DNA of 64,000 nucleotides from positions 317,681-381,680 of the forward strand of contig CAWBPM010000003.1 of NCBI GenBank assembly GCA_963790825.1, given 5' to 3'. Below, in pieces: positions 59,753 to 64,000 of the stretch; the first letter of the stretch is position 1, and each line of letters begins with the position of its first letter. Origin of the DNA: Candidatus Levyibacteriota bacterium. GTDB taxonomy: Bacteria > Patescibacteriota > Microgenomatia > Levybacterales > UBA12049. The position numbers were made by a program, and so were the translations under genes. A model generated the notes under the pieces. The model was given only the letters and a program-made list of their open reading frames with translations. It had not been told where the DNA came from and did not search any database.

Positions 59753-61042
59753 TTATTTATTTAAAAAACCTTCGTAATTACGCGTGACCAGACTCGCCTC
59801 AACTGCTTTAAATGTCTCCAGAACTACGCTTACAACGATAAGAATTCCTGTCCCGCCGAGAAGTAAAGTCTGTATGCCGGTAACAGCCCGGGCAATTGAG
59901 GGAAAAATTGCAATAATGCCTAAAAATATCGCGCCTGCCAGAGTAATTCTGGTTAAAATATAGTTGAGATACTTGGAGGTTTCTGTTCCCGGTCTGACAC
60001 CCGGAATAAAGCCACCATACTTTTGGATTTCATCGGCAATTTTTTTCGGATTGAAAATAACTGCCGTATAGAAATAGGTAAAGCCAACTACAAGTATGAA
60101 ATAGATAACGTTATATGAAATACTATTCTGGTTAAACCAGACGGATAGGAATTGGCCGACCGAGCTAAGCATGGCGTTTTTTGACGCTACAAAGTAGCTA
60201 CCGAGCAAGGAAGGCAGCAAAACGAGTGATACCGCAAAGATAATCGGTATTACCCCCGCCTGATTCAATCTGAGAGGCAAATGTGTAGATTCTCCTCCAT
60301 AGAGTTTGTTTCCCCGCATACGTTTCGCGTAATGCACGGTAATTTGCCTGGTCGCTTCATTAACAAGAATAATTGAAGAGATTACCACTAGACCCAAAAC
60401 AGCAAAGACAATAATATTAAAGGTACTTTGGCTAGTAGAAGCAGATGCTGTCTGGCCGAAAGCCACGGGAATTCTCCCCACAATACCGGCAAAAATAAGC
60501 AGTGATATGCCGTTTCCGACACCGTATTCGGTGATAAGCTCGCCAAACCAGACTAAAAGTATAGTACCGGCAGTCATAGTGAGAAGAAACGTTAATAGGT
60601 GAAGGGGATCAAGATTCGTAATAATTCCTTGACTGTGAAGAAGCGCATACATTCCGACAGCTTGCAGTGCAGCCAGGGGAACGCTTAAAAATCGGGTATA
60701 TTGGTTAATTTTTCGCCTGCCTGATTCCCCTTCTTTCTGCAATTCTTCCAGTTTTGGAAATACCATCGTTAACAGCTGGAGAATAATTGAAGCATTGATA
60801 TAAGGATTAAGTCCTAAAGCCATGATTGAGAAATTGGCCAAGGTTCCGCCGGAAAAAATATCTAAAAGTCCCAGGAATTGATTCTGGGAAAAAAGATTTT
60901 TCAATTGCGCCACATTTACACCCGACACCGGGATATGTGCAAAGATACGGAAAACGAAAAAGATCATTAGTGTAAATAGGATTTTCTTCCGAACCTCAGG
61001 GGTTTGGTAAATATTTCGGATAATAGAAAAAAATTTGTTCAT
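59753..61042 (-). CDS. secY: preprotein translocase SecY
   Basis: [36 protein letters not shown]. Confidence 0.98.
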   Translation of the reverse strand: MNKFFSIIRNIYQTPEVRKKILFTLMIFFVFRIFAHIPVSGVNVAQLKNLFSQNQFLGLLDIFSGGTLANFSIMALGLNPYINASIILQLLTMVFPKLEELQKEGESGRRKINQYTRFLSVPLAALQAVGMYALLHSQGIITNLDPLHLLTFLLTMTAGTILLVWFGELITEYGVGNGISLLIFAGIVGRIPVAFGQTASASTSQSTFNIIVFAVLGLVVISSIILVNEATRQITVHYAKRMRGNKLYGGESTHLPLRLNQAGVIPIIFAVSLVLLPSLLGSYFVASKNAMLSSVGQFLSVWFNQNSISYNVIYFILVVGFTYFYTAVIFNPKKIADEIQKYGGFIPGVRPGTETSKYLNYILTRITLAGAIFLGIIAIFPSIARAVTGIQTLLLGGTGILIVVSVVLETFKAVEASLVTRNYEGFLNK

Positions 61043-61485
61043 GAAGCTAAGTCAACTTTTCCTCCAGCTTGTTCAATTTTAGATCGTGCGCCTTTAGAAA
61101 TCGGGAGTGTTACGGTTAATGCTTTTGTTATTTCTCCATCGCCTAGAATTTTCACTCCGAATTTATTTGCTTCCTTTTCCTCGACAATCCGATTTGCAAT
61201 AAGCGTTTTTATATTAACACTACTGCCTACGGGCAGAAGATTAAGTACTTTAACATTAACAGTTATTGGCTTTCTTTTAAACGTGTTATTTTTCCCTTTT
61301 CCCCTCCTAAAAGGAAGACGTTTAATTAAAGGGAGTGCTCCTCCCTCAAAAGATAGCTTAATTTTCGTCCGGGCTTTCTGTCCTTTTGTTCCGCGTCCGG
61401 CAGTTTTTACTCTTCCCGAACCATGACCTTGTCCTAGTCTGCGTTTCTTTTTGCTTGTTATTTTTTTTAAATCGGTTAAATTCAT
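61039..61485 (-). CDS. rplO: 50S ribosomal protein L15
   Basis: [21 protein letters not shown]. Confidence 0.97.
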   Translation of the reverse strand: MNLTDLKKITSKKKRRLGQGHGSGRVKTAGRGTKGQKARTKIKLSFEGGALPLIKRLPFRRGKGKNNTFKRKPITVNVKVLNLLPVGSSVNIKTLIANRIVEEKEANKFGVKILGDGEITKALTVTLPISKGARSKIEQAGGKVDLAS

Positions 61486-61489
61486 ATGT

Positions 61490-61987
61490 TTATTTTTGTT
61501 TTAGCTGATCGCGTTCCTGATATCTCTTGCTTAGAAGACGGAGTGCTTCGAGTGTCGCATAGACATTACTGGCTTGATTCTTGGTTCCCAAAACTTTGGA
61601 TGAAATATTTTGAATACCTGCAGCTGATACAACACTTCTTATTGCACCGCCTGCAATAACACCCGAACCGACCGGTGCGGGCTTGAGCATAATCTTTGCC
61701 GCGCCAAGCTTCAGATCAATTCGGAAGGGAATGGTTCCTTTAATAATCGGTACTTCAATTAAATGTTTTCTGGCTAAAAGAATTCCTTTTCTGATAGCAT
61801 TTGACACATCAGGGGCTTTACCAAGTCCGACGCCGACTTTGCCATTTTTGTCCCCTACCACTGCGAGGGCTGAAAATCCAATTTTGTTTCCTCCTTTAGT
61901 TTTTTTAGAAACCCGGTTAATCTTTACTACTTGCTCTGCGAAATTATCTTTCGGCTGATTATAATCTGTATTTCTTGGTCTATCCAT
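61490..61987 (-). CDS. rpsE: 30S ribosomal protein S5
   Basis: RVSKKTKGG, VVGD..GKVG, GVIAGG. Confidence 0.97.
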   Translation of the reverse strand: MDRPRNTDYNQPKDNFAEQVVKINRVSKKTKGGNKIGFSALAVVGDKNGKVGVGLGKAPDVSNAIRKGILLARKHLIEVPIIKGTIPFRIDLKLGAAKIMLKPAPVGSGVIAGGAIRSVVSAAGIQNISSKVLGTKNQASNVYATLEALRLLSKRYQERDQLKQK

Positions 61988-61988
61988 A

Positions 61989-62342
61989 TTAGAATATCAA
62001 TCCTCCTTCTCTTGCGCCGTCTGCAACGCCCTTTATTCTTCCGTGATATGCATAAGATCCCTTATCAAATACCACTTTTGTAATTTTCTTTGCCGTTGCC
62101 CTCTTGGCTAAATATTTCCCGAGCTCCAAGGCTTGTTTTGTTTTTGTTGTATCTTTCCCGGACATTTTCTCTATTTCTTTATATGATACTCCCAGCAAGG
62201 TCTTTCTCGCTATGTCATCAATTAATTGAGCATATATCCCTTTATTTGAACGAAATACCGTAAGCCTAGGCATTTTTGCTGTCCCTTTAATTTTTTTTCT
62301 GATTCTTATTTGTCTTTTTATTTTTTGTGCATGTTTATTCAT
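61989..62342 (-). CDS. rplR: 50S ribosomal protein L18
   Basis: PRLTVFRSN, YAQLIDD, YHGR, AREGGL. Confidence 0.97.
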   Translation of the reverse strand: MNKHAQKIKRQIRIRKKIKGTAKMPRLTVFRSNKGIYAQLIDDIARKTLLGVSYKEIEKMSGKDTTKTKQALELGKYLAKRATAKKITKVVFDKGSYAYHGRIKGVADGAREGGLIF

Positions 62343-62343
62343 A

Positions 62344-62895
62344 TTATTTTACTCCGACTGCCTTGGCTGCTTTCCCGGCTTTTCTGCGGATTTGTTCACC
62401 CTTATATTTAATTCCTTTCCCCTTATAAGGTTCAGGTGCCTTAATGTCTCGTATTTTTGCAGCGACTTGCCCAACCAGTGCTTTATCCATTCCTGAGATA
62501 CTAATAACGTTTTCTGACACGGAAATGGTAATGCCTGTAGGTGTTTTAAATTTAACCGGATGTGAATACCCTAACGATAATACCAGGTCAGATCCCTGCA
62601 TCAGAGCACGGTATCCGACACCTGATAATTCCAGTTTTTTCTCAAAATTTATATCCACACCTTTTACAATATTTGCCAGATTTGCGCGAGTTAAACCAAA
62701 AAGCGCCCGTGTCTCAGGATCGTTTGTTTGCTTCTGCTTCACTGCTAATTTCCCTTCCTGAAATAATACCTCCAGACTCTGCGGTACGGTATACATGCCC
62801 TCACCTTTAGGACCATGAATATTTACGTTCTGACCGGTAATTGCTACCGTTATTCCGTCTTTTACAATAATTGGCATTTTTCCTATTTTTGACAT
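62344..62895 (-). CDS. rplF: 50S ribosomal protein L6
   Basis: MSKIGK, GVGYRA, LGYSHP, PEPYKGKG. Confidence 0.97.
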   Translation of the reverse strand: MSKIGKMPIIVKDGITVAITGQNVNIHGPKGEGMYTVPQSLEVLFQEGKLAVKQKQTNDPETRALFGLTRANLANIVKGVDINFEKKLELSGVGYRALMQGSDLVLSLGYSHPVKFKTPTGITISVSENVISISGMDKALVGQVAAKIRDIKAPEPYKGKGIKYKGEQIRRKAGKAAKAVGVK

Positions 62896-62911
62896 AATTT
62901 TTTTAAATAAC

Positions 62912-62988
62912 AAATTCTAATTTCCTTTCGGCATGAGCTCAAGGCAGAATGCTAAATCCTAAACATTTTTTTAATTTGTTTAGAATTT
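62912..62988. repeat. degenerate inverted heptamer hairpin with nested palindromic insert
   Basis: AAATTCTAA 62912-62920 / TTAGAATTT 62980-62988; GCTAAAT-CCTAAAC units; CCTTTCGGCATGAGCTCAAGGC inside. Confidence 0.55.
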
Positions 62989-62997
62989 CTTCTAAAG

Positions 62998-63387
62998 TTA
63001 CCATATTTGGAAAAGAAGCTCTCCTCCGACTCCTTTTTTCGCTGCCTCCTTTCCTGTCATAATTCCCTGACTGGTTGAGAGAATCGTAGTCATGGATCTA
63101 TTTTGACTCTTTCCCAGCATTTTCATTCCTGTATATACACGAAGTGACGGCTTGGAAACAATTGCGACGCCGCCAATTACTGTTTTTCGCTGTACCAACC
63201 TAAGCATAGCTTTCAGCTGTTTCTTTCCTTCTATTGTTTCTAAAGTTATACTTGCGAGAAAGCCTTCTTTAACAAGTACTTTTCCAATCTGTAAATTAAT
63301 ATTGGAATAGGGCATTTTAACCTCACTGCGCCGTGCTCTTGCTGCATTTTTAATTCGTATAATAAAATCTGCTACATGATATTCCAT
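62998..63387 (-). CDS. rpsH: 30S ribosomal protein S8
   Basis: RIKNA, SKPSLRVY, STSQG, GGE. Confidence 0.97.
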   Translation of the reverse strand: MEYHVADFIIRIKNAARARRSEVKMPYSNINLQIGKVLVKEGFLASITLETIEGKKQLKAMLRLVQRKTVIGGVAIVSKPSLRVYTGMKMLGKSQNRSMTTILSTSQGIMTGKEAAKKGVGGELLFQIW

Positions 63388-63399
63388 ATATTTTTTCCT

Positions 63400-63585
63400 T
63401 TACCAACTTGATTTAAATACTCCCGGTAACTCACCTTTCATAGCGCGTTCGCGAAAACAAAGCCTGCATAGGCCAAATCTACGCATGTACCCACGACTTC
63501 TGCCGCAAATACCACAACGGTTTACCATCCGCACCTCAAAACGTTGTTTTCTCTTAAATTTAACTATATCTGATGTTTTTGCCAT
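63400..63585 (-). CDS. rpsN: 30S ribosomal protein S14 (Zn-type)
   Basis: RCGICGR, LCRLCFR, GELPG..KSSW. Confidence 0.97.
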   Translation of the reverse strand: MAKTSDIVKFKRKQRFEVRMVNRCGICGRSRGYMRRFGLCRLCFRERAMKGELPGVFKSSW

Positions 63586-63637
63586 AACGCTTTGCAATTA
63601 TAATGAGTGCTGAGCTTAAATACAAGCTTCACCCCCT

Positions 63638-64000
63638 CTATTTACTCTCTCCTTTCGCAAACGGCATACCGAGTGTTTCAAGCAGACTCATTCCTTCTTC
63701 AGGTGTTTTTGCAGTTGTGACAATAACGATTTCCATTCCTTGCGTGCGGTCAACTGTCGCTATGTCAACTTCAGGGAAAACTGCATATTCACTAAGACCC
63801 AGCGTATAATTGCCTTTTGTATCAAAACTCGTCCGGCTCACACCACGAAAATCTTTCAAACGAGGCATGACAATATTTGTCAGTTTTTCAAAGAATGCGT
63901 ACATACGCTTCCCCCGAAGTGTTACTACAACACCGATTGGATCACCTTGACGAAGCTTAAATGTTGCGATTGATTTTTTAGCATGGGTGATTTTCGGTTT
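63638..64000 (-). CDS. rplE: 50S ribosomal protein L5 (5' part outside the window)
   Basis: [26 protein letters not shown]. Confidence 0.96.
   Translation of the reverse strand, partial: KPKITHAKKSIATFKLRQGDPIGVVVTLRGKRMYAFFEKLTNIVMPRLKDFRGVSRTSFDTKGNYTLGLSEYAVFPEVDIATVDRTQGMEIVIVTTAKTPEEGMSLLETLGMPFAKGESK

Overview
64 kb of a small AT-rich bacterial chromosome. The ribosomal gene order without rpmD/L30, the near-leaderless promoters and the gene repertoire point (by inference) to Patescibacteria/CPR, Microgenomates-like. The left ~12 kb is accessory: a MazG-like / DUF2075 nuclease-helicase / RadC operon, Fic plus a Cas4-like nuclease, and orphan genes separated by REP-like hairpins. The middle holds core genes (VanW, tsaD, rmuC, PcrA-nuclease, rnpB, HU, rny, recX, recA, tRNA-Pro), an ArsR-rhodanese-glutaredoxin module, an IS256-family element inserted at the tRNA 3' end, a DHCR24-like oxidoreductase, TMTC-like GT-C/TPR paralogs (three in the window), and an erm-like methyltransferase beside an IS30 element. 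The right end is the spc/alpha ribosomal cluster with a frameshifted cmk. The most notable unexplained signals are: inverted 7-mer repeat arms that enclose a four-helix-bundle gene at one site and are empty at three others; a REP-flanked DUF5674 two-gene cassette; the candidate DUF2075-MazG-RadC defence operon; a 21-bp phased operator at the fic gene; and a symmetric bidirectional leaderless ArsR promoter. All family calls come from motif recognition by eye; no database searches were run.
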